Source: Escherichia coli
GTDB taxonomy: Bacteria; Pseudomonadota; Gammaproteobacteria; Enterobacterales; Enterobacteriaceae
Assembly (NCBI RefSeq): GCF_003790525.1
Contig: NZ_CP033635.1
Strand: one strand, 5' to 3'
DNA length: 64,000 bases
Below, piece after piece: positions 28,005-45,294 of this stretch. A program made the position numbers and the translations under genes. The notes below the pieces were generated by a model. The model was not told the DNA's origin and ran no database searches. It worked only from the letters and a program-made list of their open reading frames with translations. Position 1 is the first letter of the stretch. The number at the start of each line of letters is the position of its first letter.

Positions 28005-29456
28005 TCATTCACGCCAGAAAGTCGGGGTAAAGAGCACCAGCAATGTAAAGACCTCGAGACGACCAAACAGCATGTTGGCAATCAGGATCCATTTAGCCAC
28101 CGGGTTCATACTGGTAAAGTTATCAGCAACCACACCAAGCCCTGGCCCCAGGTTATTCAATGTCGCAACAACCGAGGCAAAGGCAGAAAAGTCATCCACG
28201 CCCGTGGCGATAATCGCCAGCATACTGACAATAAACACCAATGCATAGGCGGAGAAAAATCCCCACACGGCTTCGAGGATACGTTCCGGCAGTGCGCGAT
28301 TCCCCAGCTTAATGCTATAGACGGCGTTCGGATGCACCAGTCGTTTCAGCTCACGGTTCCCCTGCTTAAACAGCAGCAGGATGCGGATCACTTTCAGGCC
28401 ACCGCCCGTTGACCCGGCACAACCGCCGATAAAAGCTGAACATAAGAGCAGTACCGGCAAAAAGAGCGGCCAGCGGGCAATGCTGTCAGTTGTAAACCCG
28501 GCGGTTGTCGCCATCGACACCACCTGGAAAAACGCCTGGTTAATTGTCATCAGCGCCGAACTGTAGACATTATGAAACCACAGTACGAGTGTACAAATAA
28601 CCACCAGTGAAAACTGTACGCCGATAAACATGCGAAATTCCGGATCGCGCCAATAAACCTTCAGACTACGCCCACTTAACAGTGAAAAGTGCAGACCGTA
28701 GTTACAGCCAGAGATCAGCAGGAAGATAGCAATGATAGTGTTAATAGTCGGGCTGTCGAAATAACCGATACTGGCATCATGTGTCGAGAAGCCGCCAATA
28801 GCGATAGTCGCAAAGCTATGGCCGATGGCATCAAAGGCATCCATTCCAGCAAACCACAACGCCAGCGCACAGGCGACGGTCAGCAAGACATAAATCAACC
28901 ACAGGGTTTTCGCCGTTTCCGCAATTCGCGGGCGCATTTTGTTATCTTTCAGCGGGCCGGGCATTTCTGCGCGATAGAGCTGCATCCCACCCACGCCGAG
29001 GATAGGCAGTATCGCAACCGCCAACACGATGATCCCCATCCCGCCAAACCATTGCAGCATCTGGCGATAAAAGAGGATGGCATGAGGGAGCGAATCCAGC
29101 CCCACCAGCGTAGTGGCTCCCGTGGTGGTCAGGCCAGAGAAAGATTCAAAAAACGCATCGGTAATCGTGAGGTTCGGGCTTTCCGAGAAGATAAAAGGGA
29201 GCGCACCGACACTACCCAGCACGGTCCAGAACAGCACCACTATCAGAAACCCCTCACGGGATTTCAGTTCGCCCTTCTCTTTGCGGTTCGGCCACCACAG
29301 CATAGAGCCAATGGCGAGGGCGACAAAAAAGGTCTGGGTAAAAGCGCGGCCCGCTCCATCCCGGTAGATGAGTGCTACCAGCCCAGGGATAATCATGGTC
29401 CCTGAAAATAAGATGACCAGTAGTCCAACGATTCGGGTAATGGCGCGAAAATGCAT
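28005..29456 (-). CDS. trkH: Trk-system potassium uptake protein
   Basis: 483-aa polytopic membrane protein MHFRAITRIVGLLVILFSGTMIIPG... Confidence 0.92.
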   Translation of the reverse strand: MHFRAITRIVGLLVILFSGTMIIPGLVALIYRDGAGRAFTQTFFVALAIGSMLWWPNRKEKGELKSREGFLIVVLFWTVLGSVGALPFIFSESPNLTITDAFFESFSGLTTTGATTLVGLDSLPHAILFYRQMLQWFGGMGIIVLAVAILPILGVGGMQLYRAEMPGPLKDNKMRPRIAETAKTLWLIYVLLTVACALALWFAGMDAFDAIGHSFATIAIGGFSTHDASIGYFDSPTINTIIAIFLLISGCNYGLHFSLLSGRSLKVYWRDPEFRMFIGVQFSLVVICTLVLWFHNVYSSALMTINQAFFQVVSMATTAGFTTDSIARWPLFLPVLLLCSAFIGGCAGSTGGGLKVIRILLLFKQGNRELKRLVHPNAVYSIKLGNRALPERILEAVWGFFSAYALVFIVSMLAIIATGVDDFSAFASVVATLNNLGPGLGVVADNFTSMNPVAKWILIANMLFGRLEVFTLLVLFTPTFWRE

Positions 29457-29494
29457 CTCTGCCGCTTCCTTAGTTCTGCAAAACGAAGTGGGGA

Positions 29495-30109
29495 TTATTC
29501 TTCAATCGCTAACAATTGCAATGAACCACGGCTAAAATCCGCCAGCTTTGCGGAAAATTCAGCCACTTTCGCCGCCGGAAGCGCCACCCGCAGCAGAACG
29601 AATGCCTGATAATCACTGTTGATAATTTTGCCGTCACACTGCCCCAGCAACGCTTCAATGCCGGTTAACTGACTATATTCACATTGCAAAGTATATTCGG
29701 TTAATGGCGTCTTGCGTTGGGTCGTTAGCTGGCGCAGCGCCTGATTCACGCCGCCGCCATACGCTTTCACTAACCCACTGGTGCCAAGCAATATGCCGCC
29801 GTAGTAGCGCACCACCACGGCGGTAATTTCCCCGACGCCGCTGCCCATCAGTTGGGCGAGCATCGGTTTACCTGCCGTTCCCGCCGGTTCCCCGTCGTCA
29901 GAGAAACCCAACTGTTGTGAATCATCCGGCGCACCCGCCACCCACGCCACGCAATGGTGGCGGGCATCGGGGTGTTCTGCCCGCACCGATTCAACAAACG
30001 CTTTCGCCGCCTCAACGCCATCGGTATGCGCCAACATCGTTATAAAGCGGCTCTTTTTGATCTCTTCAACAACCGTGACCGGTGCCGCAGGAATTATCCA
30101 GCTTTCCAT
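29495..30109 (-). CDS. yigZ: IMPACT-family protein YigZ
   Basis: About 204-aa [14 protein letters not shown]...; overlaps the pepQ stop. Confidence 0.85.
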   Translation of the reverse strand: MESWIIPAAPVTVVEEIKKSRFITMLAHTDGVEAAKAFVESVRAEHPDARHHCVAWVAGAPDDSQQLGFSDDGEPAGTAGKPMLAQLMGSGVGEITAVVVRYYGGILLGTSGLVKAYGGGVNQALRQLTTQRKTPLTEYTLQCEYSQLTGIEALLGQCDGKIINSDYQAFVLLRVALPAAKVAEFSAKLADFSRGSLQLLAIEE

Positions 30110-31440
30110 CACGCCAGTTTCAGATCCCGGGTCATGTTTTCCACGTTGTTTTCGTGGATCACCACGTTGTCTTCGATACGAATGCCGCCGAACGGTTTCA
30201 GTGCTTCAATTTTCTGCCAGTTGAAGTGTTTGCTGAACTGCCCTTCACGCCACGGCGCCAGCAGCGATTCGATGAAGTAGATACCCGGTTCGATGGTTAA
30301 CACCATGCCTGGCTGGAGAATACGGGTGCAGCGCAGGTACGGATATTTTGCCGGTGCCGCGAGGTGCGTACCGCTATCATCTTGCATAAAGCCAGCTACG
30401 TCATGCACCTGCAGGCCCAGCGGATGACCGATACCGTGCGGCATAAACGGTCCGGTGAGATCGTTTTCGACCATCGCTTCTTCACTCATATCGGTGATGA
30501 TTTGATGTTTACGCAGCAATTTGGCGATGCGCTGATGGAACTGGATGTGGTAATCCACATAGCTGACGCCAGCTTTCATGGTGGCGATCAGCGCAAGTTG
30601 TTCATCATTTACGTCTTTCACCAGCTGTGCGTAGTCGTTGTCGCTTTTTGCCGACCAGGTACGGGTCAGGTCAGCCGCATAGCCGTTATATTCGGCCCCG
30701 GCATCCAGCAGGAAGCTGCGCATCTCTTCCGGTGCCTGGTGGTCCAATTTGGTGTAATGCAGCACCGCAGCGTGTTCGTTAAGCGCCACAATGTTGCTGT
30801 AAGGTACGTCGGTATCACGATGACCGGTCGCGGTCAGATAGGCAATATTGATATCAAACTCGCTCATGCCAGAACGGAACGCTTCTTCTGCCGCGCGATG
30901 ACCGTTGACCGCCATTTTCTGCGCTTCACGCATACAGGCCAGTTCGTACTCGGTTTTGAAGGAGCGGTAGTAATGCAGGTAGTCGATCACCCCTTTCGGA
31001 TTGATGTTGCTGGCCTCAATACCCAGTTGCAGCGCACGTTCCGGCACCGGACCGATATAACCGATATTGCCGCGCGCAGCAGGCAGCAGGCTACCAATGC
31101 CATCGGCTTTCGGCAGCGCGATCACTTCCACATCTTCAGTCCAGAAGGAGTTCGGCAGCGGTTCGACGTTGTGCCAGTAATCAACCGGCAGATAAAACCA
31201 CAGTTTCGGCTTGTTCACGCCATCCACCAGCAGCCAGCAGTTTGGCACCTGAGTTACCGGCACCCACGCTTTGAATTGCGGGTTCACTTTAAACGGATAG
31301 GGATGATCGTCGAGAAAAACGTTGAACAGTTCGCCGGAGTGAATAAGTAACGCATCCAGCTTGAAGCGCGCCAGCGCATCGCGAGTCCGTTCCTGTAAGG
31401 TAGCTATATGATTTTTATAGAGCGAGGCCAGTGATTCCAT
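30109..31440 (-). CDS. pepQ: Xaa-Pro dipeptidase (prolidase)
   Basis: 443-aa ORF with M24 metallopeptidase motifs ([13 protein letters not shown]). Confidence 0.93.
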
Positions 31441-31629
31441 TTTTTACCCTTCTGTTTTTTTGACCTTAAGTCTCCGCATCTTAGCACATCGTTCATCCAG
31501 AGCGTGATTTCTGCCGAGCGTGATCAGATCGGCATTTCTTTAATCTTTTATTTGCATATTTTTAACACAAAATACACACTTCGATGCATCTGGTACGACC
31601 AGATCACCTTGCGGATTCAGGAGACTGAC

Positions 31630-33819
31630 ATGCTTTACAAAGGCGACACCCTGTACCTTGACTGGCTGGAAGATGGCATTGCCGAACTGGTATTTGATGC
31701 CCCAGGTTCAGTTAATAAACTCGACACTGCCACCGTCGCCAGCCTCGGCGAGGCCATCGGCGTGCTGGAACAGCAATCAGATCTAAAAGGGCTGCTGCTG
31801 CGTTCGAACAAAGCAGCCTTTATCGTCGGTGCTGATATCACCGAATTTTTGTCCCTGTTCCTCGTTCCTGAAGAACAGTTAAGTCAGTGGCTGCACTTTG
31901 CCAATAGCGTGTTTAATCGCCTGGAAGATCTGCCGGTGCCGACCATTGCTGCCGTCAACGGCTATGCGCTGGGCGGTGGCTGCGAATGCGTGCTGGCGAC
32001 CGATTATCGTCTGGCGACGCCGGATCTGCGCATCGGTCTGCCGGAAACCAAACTGGGCATCATGCCGGGCTTTGGCGGTTCTGTACGTATGCCACGTATG
32101 CTGGGCGCTGACAGTGCGCTGGAAATCATTGCCGCCGGTAAAGATGTCGGCGCGGATCAGGCGCTGAAAATCGGTCTGGTGGATGGTGTAGTCAAAGCAG
32201 AAAAACTGATTGAAGGGGCGATGGCGATTTTACGCCAGGCCATTAACGGCGACCTCGACTGGAAAGCGAAACGTCAGCCGAAGCTGGAACCGCTAAAACT
32301 GAGCGAGATTGAAGCCACCATGAGCTTCACCATCGCTAAAGGGATGGTCGCACAAACGGCGGGGAAACATTATCCGGCCCCCATCACCGCAGTAAAAACC
32401 ATTGAAGCTGCGGCCCGTTTTGGTCGTGAAGAAGCCCTAAACCTGGAAAACAAAAGTTTTGTCCCGCTGGCGCATACCAACGAAGCTCGCGCACTGGTCG
32501 GCATTTTCCTTAACGATCAATATGTAAAAGGCAAAGCGAAGAAACTCACCAAAGACGTTGAAACCCCGAAACAGGCCGCTGTGCTGGGCGCAGGCATTAT
32601 GGGTGGCGGCATCGCTTACCAGTCTGCGTGGAAAGGCGTACCGGTTGTCATGAAAGATATCAACGACAAGTCGTTAACCCTCGGCATGACCGAAGCCGCG
32701 AAACTGCTGAACAAGCAGCTTGAGCGCGGCAAGATCGATGGTCTGAAACTGGCTGGCGTGATCTCCACAATTCACCCAACGCTCGACTACGCCGGGTTTG
32801 ACCGCGTGGATGTTGTGGTAGAAGCGGTTGTTGAAAACCCGAAAGTGAAAAAAGCCGTACTGGCAGAAACCGAACAAAAAGTACGCCCGGATACCGTACT
32901 GGCGTCTAACACTTCAACCATTCCTATCAGCGAACTGGCCAACGCGCTGGAACGTCCGGAAAACTTCTGCGGGATGCACTTCTTTAACCCGGTCCACCGA
33001 ATGCCGTTAGTAGAAATTATTCGCGGCGAGAAAAGCTCCGACGAAACCATCGCGAAAGTCGTCGCCTGGGCGAGCAAGATGGGCAAAACGCCGATTGTGG
33101 TTAACGACTGCCCCGGCTTCTTCGTCAACCGTGTACTGTTCCCCTATTTCGCCGGTTTCAGCCAGTTGCTGCGCGACGGCGCGGATTTCCGCAAGATCGA
33201 CAAAGTGATGGAAAAACAGTTTGGCTGGCCGATGGGGCCGGCATATCTGCTGGACGTTGTGGGGATTGATACCGCGCATCACGCTCAGGCGGTGATGGCA
33301 GCAGGCTTCCCGCAGCGGATGCAGAAAGATTACCGCGATGCCATCGATGCGCTGTTTGATGCCAACCGTTTTGGTCAGAAGAACGGCCTCGGTTTCTGGC
33401 GTTATAAAGAAGACAGTAAAGGCAAGCCGAAGAAAGAAGAAGATGCCGTCGTTGACGACCTGCTGGCAGAAGTGAGCCAGCCGAAGCGCGATTTCAGCGA
33501 AGAAGAGATTATCGCCCGCATGATGATCCCGATGGTCAACGAAGTGGTGCGCTGTCTGGAAGAAGGCATTATCGCCACTCCAGCAGAAGCGGATATGGCG
33601 CTGGTCTACGGACTGGGGTTCCCTCCGTTCCACGGCGGCGCGTTCCGCTGGCTGGACACCCTCGGTAGCGCAAAATACCTCGATATGGCACAACAATATC
33701 AGCACCTCGGCCCGCTGTATGAAGTGCCGGAAGGTCTGCGTAATAAAGCGCGTCATAACGAACCGTACTATCCCCCGGTTGAGCCAGCCCGTCCGGTTGG
33801 CGACCTGAAAACGGCTTAA
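31630..33819 (+). CDS. fadB: Fatty-acid oxidation complex alpha subunit (enoyl-CoA hydratase / 3-hydroxyacyl-CoA dehydrogenase)
   Basis: Start at ATG 31630 ([20 protein letters not shown]...); 729 aa; the track ORF extends upstream to 31504. Confidence 0.95.
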   Translation: MLYKGDTLYLDWLEDGIAELVFDAPGSVNKLDTATVASLGEAIGVLEQQSDLKGLLLRSNKAAFIVGADITEFLSLFLVPEEQLSQWLHFANSVFNRLEDLPVPTIAAVNGYALGGGCECVLATDYRLATPDLRIGLPETKLGIMPGFGGSVRMPRMLGADSALEIIAAGKDVGADQALKIGLVDGVVKAEKLIEGAMAILRQAINGDLDWKAKRQPKLEPLKLSEIEATMSFTIAKGMVAQTAGKHYPAPITAVKTIEAAARFGREEALNLENKSFVPLAHTNEARALVGIFLNDQYVKGKAKKLTKDVETPKQAAVLGAGIMGGGIAYQSAWKGVPVVMKDINDKSLTLGMTEAAKLLNKQLERGKIDGLKLAGVISTIHPTLDYAGFDRVDVVVEAVVENPKVKKAVLAETEQKVRPDTVLASNTSTIPISELANALERPENFCGMHFFNPVHRMPLVEIIRGEKSSDETIAKVVAWASKMGKTPIVVNDCPGFFVNRVLFPYFAGFSQLLRDGADFRKIDKVMEKQFGWPMGPAYLLDVVGIDTAHHAQAVMAAGFPQRMQKDYRDAIDALFDANRFGQKNGLGFWRYKEDSKGKPKKEEDAVVDDLLAEVSQPKRDFSEEEIIARMMIPMVNEVVRCLEEGIIATPAEADMALVYGLGFPPFHGGAFRWLDTLGSAKYLDMAQQYQHLGPLYEVPEGLRNKARHNEPYYPPVEPARPVGDLKTA

Positions 33820-34992
<1,173 letters not shown>

Positions 34993-34995
34993 CCA

Positions 34996-35112
34996 CTTGC
35001 CGGATGCGGCGTGAACGCCTTATCCGGTCTACCGATCCTGCACCAATATAGGCCTGATAAGACGCGCCAGCGTCGCATCAGGCATCGTGCACCGATTGCC
35101 GGATGCGACATA
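34996..35112. repeat. REP element cluster
   Basis: Repeated gccggatgcg..cgccttatccgg and ggcctgataagacgcg...catcaggca units. Confidence 0.8.
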
Positions 35113-35152
35113 GATCTAAATGCCACTGTATAAAGTTTTAGTTGCCGTTCTT

Positions 35153-35177
35153 CCCGCCTGTCAGGGGCGGGTTTTTT
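35153..35177 (+). terminator. Rho-independent terminator downstream of fadBA
   Basis: Hairpin cccgcctgtcaggggcggg followed by TTTTTT. Confidence 0.65.
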
Positions 35178-35182
35178 ATATC

Positions 35183-35884
35183 TCAGATAAATGCAAACGC
35201 ATCGCCAAACAGGCGATCTTCCCGCGCATTACGCTCGCTGCAAAACAGGTCACGGGCAATTTTCGCCATCTCAAAACGTCCGGCAATATAGATATCATGC
35301 TCTGCCAGCGTACCATGATCCTGCAATACCGCCGTTAACACGGTGCCAGTACGCCCACGCCAGCCCGCTTCCGGTTGTTCAACCACCGGCACCACTTGCA
35401 GACCAGGATGCTTCAACGAAAGCGCCTCAAGCTCGGAGAGATCATAAAGATGCTGCTCTTCACGCCCGCCCCAGTAAATGGTGATATCACGGTTTGGGTT
35501 ACGCGCCAGCGCCGTCAGCAAAATCGAGCGCGCATAAGAGAACCCGGTGCCACCCGCAATCAAAATCATCGGACGTTCTTCATCATCGCGCAGCCATGCC
35601 TCACCGTGCGGAATATCGACCACGATTTGATGATCTTTAAGAATGCGGTCCATGACTGCTTTCGCGTAAAGGTTGATTTCAGAAGCGCCAATATGCAGCT
35701 CGATGAACCCTTTTTCATCTGGCGTCGAAGCCATTGAGAACGGACGTTTGTCACGCTCATCCATCACTACCATCAAATACTGACCAGCACGAAAAGAAAA
35801 GGCCGCGTCTGGTACGATTCGGACACGGTATACGGTATCCGTGATAGCTTCTACCGAGGTCACTTTACAGCTTAAGGTTGTCAT
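35183..35884 (-). CDS. fre: NAD(P)H-flavin reductase
   Basis: Start taken at [21 protein letters not shown] (233 aa); ferredoxin-reductase-type FAD/NAD-binding fold. Confidence 0.9.
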   Translation of the reverse strand: MTTLSCKVTSVEAITDTVYRVRIVPDAAFSFRAGQYLMVVMDERDKRPFSMASTPDEKGFIELHIGASEINLYAKAVMDRILKDHQIVVDIPHGEAWLRDDEERPMILIAGGTGFSYARSILLTALARNPNRDITIYWGGREEQHLYDLSELEALSLKHPGLQVVPVVEQPEAGWRGRTGTVLTAVLQDHGTLAEHDIYIAGRFEMAKIARDLFCSERNAREDRLFGDAFAFI

Positions 35885-35929
35885 GCGCTTTCTCTGTCGG
35901 ATCGATAAATAGGGCAAAACAAACGCGCA

Positions 35930-37423
35930 TCAGGCGCTTTTACCGTTGTTAAAAATAGCCAGTTCATCCCAGATGGCGTCAATATGCGCGACAACATCCG
36001 GATCTTTTTTGATGGGACGTCCCCATTCACGCTGGGTTTCCCCTGGCCATTTATTCGTGGCATCCAGCCCCATTTTTGAACCCAGCCCGGACACAGGCGA
36101 GGCAAAATCCAGATAATCAATAGGCGTATTTTCGACCAACACCGTGTCCCGCGCCGGGTCCATACGGGTGGTAATCGCCCAAATCACATCGTTCCAGTCG
36201 CGTGCGTTGACGTCATCATCGCAAACGATCACAAATTTAGTGTACATAAACTGGCGTAAGAACGACCAGACGCCCATCATGACGCGCTTCGCGTGTCCGG
36301 CGTACTGTTTTTTGATCGTCACTACCGCCAGGCGATAAGAGCAGCCTTCCGGCGGCAGGTAAAAATCGACAATTTCCGGGAACTGTTTTTGCAGAATCGG
36401 CACAAACACTTCGTTCAGTGCGACACCCAGCACCGCAGGTTCATCCGGCGGACGCCCGGTATAGGTGGAATGATAAATCGCATCTTCACGCTGGGTAATA
36501 TGCGTCACGGTAAATACCGGGAAACTATCGACTTCGTTATAGTAACCGGTGTGGTCGCCATACGGCCCTTCCGGCGCAGTTTCGCCTTGTTCGATATACC
36601 CTTCCAGCACAATCTCCGCACTGGCGGGCACTTCGAGATCATTGGAAATACACTTTACTACTTCGGTTTTGGTGCCGCGTAGCAATCCGGCAAACGCATA
36701 CTCTGAAAGCGTATCCGGAACGGGGGTGACTGCACCGAGAATCGTGGCGGGATCGGCACCCAGCGCCACAGAAACCGGGAAACGTTCGCCCGGATGCGCC
36801 ACACACCACTCCTGATAATCCAGCGCGCCGCCGCGATGCGACAGCCAGCGCATAATCAGTTTGTTTTTACCAATCAGCTGCTGGCGATAAATGCCCAGAT
36901 TCTGCCGCTCTTTATGCGGGCCGCGCGTCACGGTCAGCCCCCAGGTAATCAGCGGCGCGGCATCTTCCGGCCAGCAGGTCATAATGGGAATGCGATTGAG
37001 ATCGACGTCATCGCCAGAGACGATTTTTTGTTGGCAAGGCGCACCACGCAGCCGCTTTGTCGGCATGTTCAATACTTGCTTAAACTGCGGCAGTTTATCA
37101 AACAGGTCGCGGAAACCTTTTGGCGGCTCCGGCTCTTTCAGAAACGCCAATAATTTACCAACTTCACGCAGCGCCGAAACATCTTCCTGCCCCATGCCCA
37201 TCGCCACGCGCTTTGGCGTACCGAACAGGTTGCACAGCACCGGCATTGAGTAGCCTTTAGGGTTTTCGAACAACAGCGCAGGCCCACCGGCACGCAAAGT
37301 GCGGTCAGCAATTTCAGTGATTTCCAGATGCGGATCCACCGGGAGCGTGATACGTTTTAGCTCACCCTGCTGTTCAAGCAGCGTCAAGAAGTCGCGTAAA
37401 TCGTTATATTTCATGGCGTCCAT
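35930..37423 (-). CDS. ubiD: 4-hydroxy-3-polyprenylbenzoate decarboxylase
   Basis: 497-aa [28 protein letters not shown]... Confidence 0.95.
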   Translation of the reverse strand: MDAMKYNDLRDFLTLLEQQGELKRITLPVDPHLEITEIADRTLRAGGPALLFENPKGYSMPVLCNLFGTPKRVAMGMGQEDVSALREVGKLLAFLKEPEPPKGFRDLFDKLPQFKQVLNMPTKRLRGAPCQQKIVSGDDVDLNRIPIMTCWPEDAAPLITWGLTVTRGPHKERQNLGIYRQQLIGKNKLIMRWLSHRGGALDYQEWCVAHPGERFPVSVALGADPATILGAVTPVPDTLSEYAFAGLLRGTKTEVVKCISNDLEVPASAEIVLEGYIEQGETAPEGPYGDHTGYYNEVDSFPVFTVTHITQREDAIYHSTYTGRPPDEPAVLGVALNEVFVPILQKQFPEIVDFYLPPEGCSYRLAVVTIKKQYAGHAKRVMMGVWSFLRQFMYTKFVIVCDDDVNARDWNDVIWAITTRMDPARDTVLVENTPIDYLDFASPVSGLGSKMGLDATNKWPGETQREWGRPIKKDPDVVAHIDAIWDELAIFNNGKSA

Positions 37424-37544
37424 TGTAGCCTCTTAATCTGCGCCCATTATACGGCGTTCATCTTTGCGATGCTGTAAATTTGTTAAATTAGCGTGAACTC
37501 TGACGGTATAACGCAAACCGGGGAATATAATTAACTTAGCGTAA

Positions 37545-38857
<1,313 letters not shown>

Positions 38858-38898
38858 CCTGTACTCCATATGACAACCGCCCTGACGGGCGGTTGAAT

Positions 38899-39675
38899 TT
38901 ATTCTTCAGTTTTTTCGCTTTCTGCTTCAGCGTCGTTTTCCTCTTCCCGGTTTCGACCCTTACCAACGTAAAAGCGAGAGAAGAAGACACCGATTTCAAA
39001 CAGGCAGTACATCGGGATCGCCAGCAGCGTTTGCGAGAAGACATCCGGCGGCGTCAGCAACATCCCGACAACGAATGCACCAACCAGCACATACGGGCGT
39101 TTTTTGCGTAAGTCTTCTGGCGAGGTAATCCCCATCCAGCACAGCAGCACAATTGCCACAGGCACTTCAAAGGAGACACCAAACGCCATAAACAACGCCA
39201 TAACGAAGCTTAAATAGCTGGCGATGTCGGTGGATACCTGTACCCCTTCCGGCGCGGTATTGGCAAGGAAGCCAAATGCCAGCGGAAAGACCACAAAGTA
39301 GGCGAACGCCATGCCGATATAAAAAAGCAGAGAGCTGGAAACCAGCAGCGGCACCACCAGGCGACGTTCATGCTTATACAGCGCTGGGGCGATAAACGCC
39401 CACACCTGATAGAGAATCACCGGCGCTGACAGAATCAGCGACACCATAAAGGTCAGCTTGATCGGCGTAAAGAACGGCGAGGCCACGTCGGTGGCGATCA
39501 TCGTTGAACCTTGCGGCAACTGCTTGATCAATGGCGCGGATACCAGGTGATAGATGTCATTGGCGAAATAGACCAGACACAGGAATATCACGATCACCGC
39601 GATAATGCAGTTCAGCAGACGCTTACGCAGCTCAATCAGATGCGTGATAAGCGGTTGAGTATCTTCTACAGACAT
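38899..39675 (-). CDS. tatC: Twin-arginine translocase subunit TatC
   Basis: 258-aa polytopic membrane protein [21 protein letters not shown]... Confidence 0.95.
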
Positions 39676-39677
39676 GT

Positions 39678-40193
39678 TTACGGTTTATCACTCGACGAAG
39701 GGGAAGGTGCAGCGGTTTTCGGTTCAGCGTCCGCAGCAGGTTTTACCACCGGCTCTGGCGTGGTTTCTGGCTTCTGTTCCGGCGAACTGGCCTGCGTTTG
39801 TGCAGCGGCAGGCGTTACGCCTTCATGCGCAGCTTCATTGTCTTTCACCACCGGGTTATGGATGGTGTGCGCTTCATCGCTCGCCTTTTCAGGATCGTTT
39901 GCAACGTAGGAACGCTTCATCGACTCCGCGGCCTGGCGTAATTCATCCATCGACGCTTTCAGTTCGGGTGTCAGGTTAGTGAGGCTCGCCTTTTCAACCT
40001 TTTTCAGACTGTCCTGAAACTCCTGGAGTTTTAACTCCTGGGTCAGTTCGTTCTGCACCGTTGTCGCCAGTGAACGCAACGCGCGAATCCAGCCCGCGAC
40101 CGTTTTTACCGCCACAGGCAGTCGTTGCGGCCCCAGAACGACGAGGCCGATGATGAATACCAATAGCAGTTCGCTAAAACCGATATCAAACAC
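39678..40193 (-). CDS. tatB: Twin-arginine translocase subunit TatB
   Basis: 171-aa [29 protein letters not shown]... Confidence 0.93.
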
Positions 40194-40196
40194 GGA

Positions 40197-40466
40197 TTAC
40201 ACCTGCTCTTTATCGTGGCGCTTCGCGTCTTGTGTTTTAGCCTGTTCCTGATTCGTATCCGCCTGCTTATCGGCGATAGTTTTCGCAGTAAAATCAGCAT
40301 CCTGACTGGTTTTATCCTGCTTTGGTTCATCATCGCTCATTGCTTTTTTAAAGCCTTTGATCGACGCACCAAGATCGGAACCGATGGAGCCGAGCTTTTT
40401 GGTGCCAAAAAGCAGTACAACGATGACGGCAATAATCAATAACTGCCAAATACTGATACCACCCAT
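40197..40466 (-). CDS. tatA: Twin-arginine translocase subunit TatA
   Basis: Start taken at [25 protein letters not shown] (89 aa). Confidence 0.93.
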   Translation of the reverse strand: MGGISIWQLLIIAVIVVLLFGTKKLGSIGSDLGASIKGFKKAMSDDEPKQDKTSQDADFTAKTIADKQADTNQEQAKTQDAKRHDKEQV

Positions 40467-40544
40467 ACATGTTCCTCTGTGGTAGATGATGATTAAACAA
40501 GGCCGCATTATACGTTACACAGCCCGCCTTGAGCGATGAAAAAA

Positions 40545-42787
<2,243 letters not shown>

Positions 42788-42800
42788 TTCCGGTCTCCTG

Positions 42801-43556
42801 TCAGAACTTATAACCACGATGCAACGCCACAACCCCTGCCGTCAGATTGTAGTAGTCGACACTTTCGAATCCGGCATCCTGCATCATGGCTTTCAGGGTA
42901 TCCTGATCGGGATGCATACGGATGGATTCTGCCAGATAACGGTAGCTGTCGGCGTCGTTCGCGACCAGTGAGCCAATACGCGGCAGCACATGGAAGGAGT
43001 ATGCATCATAGGCTTTGCTCAGCGGCTCGATAATTGGCTTCGAGAACTCAAGCACCAGCAGGCGGCCGCCGGGTTTCAGCACGCGATACATTGAACGCAG
43101 TGCTTTATCTTTGTCGGTGACGTTACGCAGACCAAACGAAATGGTGATGCAATCAAAGGTGTTATCCGGGAACGGCAGCGCCTCAGCGTTCGCTTGAACA
43201 TACTCAACGTTGCCAATCACACCGATATTACGCAGCTTCTCGCGTCCCATTTTGAGCATGGATTCATTGATATCAGCAAGGACCACTTTGCCAGTTTCTC
43301 CGACCAGGCGGGAGAATTTCGCTGTCAGGTCGCCGGTGCCACCAGCCAGATCCAGCACGGTCTGCCCACGGCGTACGCCGCTGCAATCAATCGTGAATCG
43401 CTTCCACAAACGATGAATACCGAATGACATCAAATCATTCATGACATCGTATTTTGATGCCACGGAATGGAAAACGTGAGCGACCATATCCGCTTTTTGT
43501 TCCTTCGCGACGGTCTGAAAACCAAAGTGCGTCGTTTCTTGTGACTTATCCACCAT
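42801..43556 (-). CDS. ubiE: Ubiquinone/menaquinone C-methyltransferase
   Basis: 251-aa ORF with SAM-binding motif [11 protein letters not shown]. Confidence 0.93.
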
Positions 43557-43650
43557 CTCAATGCCTGCTCATCAAAAAATTGTTCCAGAAGTGTAACAGA
43601 TTGGGCGTCGATGCCCTAGATTTCTACCCGGCTTAACTACCCCCAATGGG

Positions 43651-45078
43651 CTAGCGCGACTGCTGATTATATTCATCATCGCGTTGATAAGCTTCATCAT
43701 TCGGCTGCTCCGGAACCGACCGCAGTCGATACTCTTCATCCTGGCTCACCGCTTGTTCAGCCAAATCCGGATTAATCTCGCGTTTAATTTCTACCCCTAA
43801 ACCGCGAAACGCTTCTGCCTGCGCCAGCACATTTCCGCGACCTGAAGAGAGTTTTTTCATTGCCTGGCGGTAGTTATCCTGCGCTTTGTCGAGACTTTGA
43901 CCAATCGCTGACATGTCATCGACGAACAAACGCATCTTGTCGTACAGCTTGCTGGCACGATCGGCGATTTGCTGGGCGTTGCGGCTTTGATGCTCATAAC
44001 GCCACAGGTTGGCGATAGTGCGCAGCGCCACCAGCAGCGTAGTCGGGCTAACCAGCATGATATTGTTTTTCAACGCTTCGGTGATCAGCTCCGGCTGGCG
44101 GTCAAGCGCCAGTAAAAAAGCGGGTTCAACGGGAATAAACATCAGAACGTAATCCAGGGTTCGCAGCCCCGGCAGCTGTTGATAATCTTTGCGTCCCAGC
44201 AAACGGATATGGTTACGCACCGACGCGATATGTTCCTGTAGCGCGCTTTCGCGGGTGTAGTCATCTTCGGCGTTGAAATAGCGTTCATAGGCGACCAGCG
44301 TCATTTTGGCGTCGATCACCACATCTTTTCCCTGCGGCAACCGCACGATGACATCCGGCTGCATCCGCGAGCGGGCGTCATTTTCGATGCTGACCTGGGT
44401 TTCATATTCATACCCTTCACGCAGACCGGAAGCCTCCAGCACCCGCGTCAATACTACCTCGCCCCAGTTGCCCTGGGTTTTATTGTCGCCTTTCAGCGCA
44501 CGCGTCAGGTTGATCGCTTCCTGGGCCATCTGGGCGTTGAGTTGCTGGAGGTTGCGGATTTCGTGAGTCAGGGTATGACGTTCTTGGGCTTCTTTACCAA
44601 AGCTGTCCTGGACCTGACGGCGGAAACCGTCCAGTTGTTCACGTAGCGGCGACAACAGGCTGTTCAGGCTCTGACGGTTTTGCTCATCAACCCGGCGATT
44701 GCTGTGCTCAAAAATACGGTTGGCGAGGTTTTCAAACTGCTCACTGAGGCGCTGCTCGCTGTTAATCATCTGGCGAATTTTATCGTCAGCATGTTGCTGT
44801 GCAGCTTCCATCCGCGTGGTTACTTCACGCAGATCGGCCTCCAGAGAGGTGTTAATACTTTGCAGGCTGCGCACTTCGTTATTGAGTAACTCGCACTCAG
44901 CGCGCCAGTGCTCGCTTTGAGTAATTTGTTGTTTTGCCGCGCTTAACTCCGCGACCATCTCTTCACGTTCAGCTAATTGCTCGGCTTTTTGCTGCGCATG
45001 TTGATAACTGGCAAACAGCCAGCCAATTGCCACACCCACCAATGCAATAACTGCGTAAACCATGATTGAGAAATCCAC
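43651..45078 (-). CDS. rmuC: DNA recombination protein RmuC
   Basis: 475-aa ORF with N-terminal TM segment and long coiled-coil region. Confidence 0.9.
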   Translation of the reverse strand: MDFSIMVYAVIALVGVAIGWLFASYQHAQQKAEQLAEREEMVAELSAAKQQITQSEHWRAECELLNNEVRSLQSINTSLEADLREVTTRMEAAQQHADDKIRQMINSEQRLSEQFENLANRIFEHSNRRVDEQNRQSLNSLLSPLREQLDGFRRQVQDSFGKEAQERHTLTHEIRNLQQLNAQMAQEAINLTRALKGDNKTQGNWGEVVLTRVLEASGLREGYEYETQVSIENDARSRMQPDVIVRLPQGKDVVIDAKMTLVAYERYFNAEDDYTRESALQEHIASVRNHIRLLGRKDYQQLPGLRTLDYVLMFIPVEPAFLLALDRQPELITEALKNNIMLVSPTTLLVALRTIANLWRYEHQSRNAQQIADRASKLYDKMRLFVDDMSAIGQSLDKAQDNYRQAMKKLSSGRGNVLAQAEAFRGLGVEIKREINPDLAEQAVSQDEEYRLRSVPEQPNDEAYQRDDEYNQQSR

Positions 45079-45196
45079 AACGCCTCCTGACGCAACAACT
45101 TACCCGCACAAAATAGAATTGTGCTGTACAAACGTCCAGTTTGAAAGAAGTTTCCTGCGAGGCGCTACGCAAAACGATCGTTAATTTTCATTATTT

Positions 45197-45234
45197 TATC
45201 CCACAATATGAGATGGAGTTTATATTGTGGGATA
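45197..45234. promoter_or_regulatory. Perfect 13-bp inverted repeat, candidate operator in the rmuC / IclR-operon intergenic region
   Basis: tatcccacaatat (45197-45209) and atattgtgggata (45222-45234) are exact reverse complements separated by 12 bp, about 60 bp upstream of the IclR-family gene start. Confidence 0.5.
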
Positions 45235-45294
45235 TATCACCTTTTCCCCACGTCATTATGTGGAACACTTCAGCAATATCATCAGGAGAAACGT

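Noticed and set aside
30364-31350. 328-aa plus-strand ORF
   Set aside because: Antisense to pepQ; no RBS context; shadow ORF.
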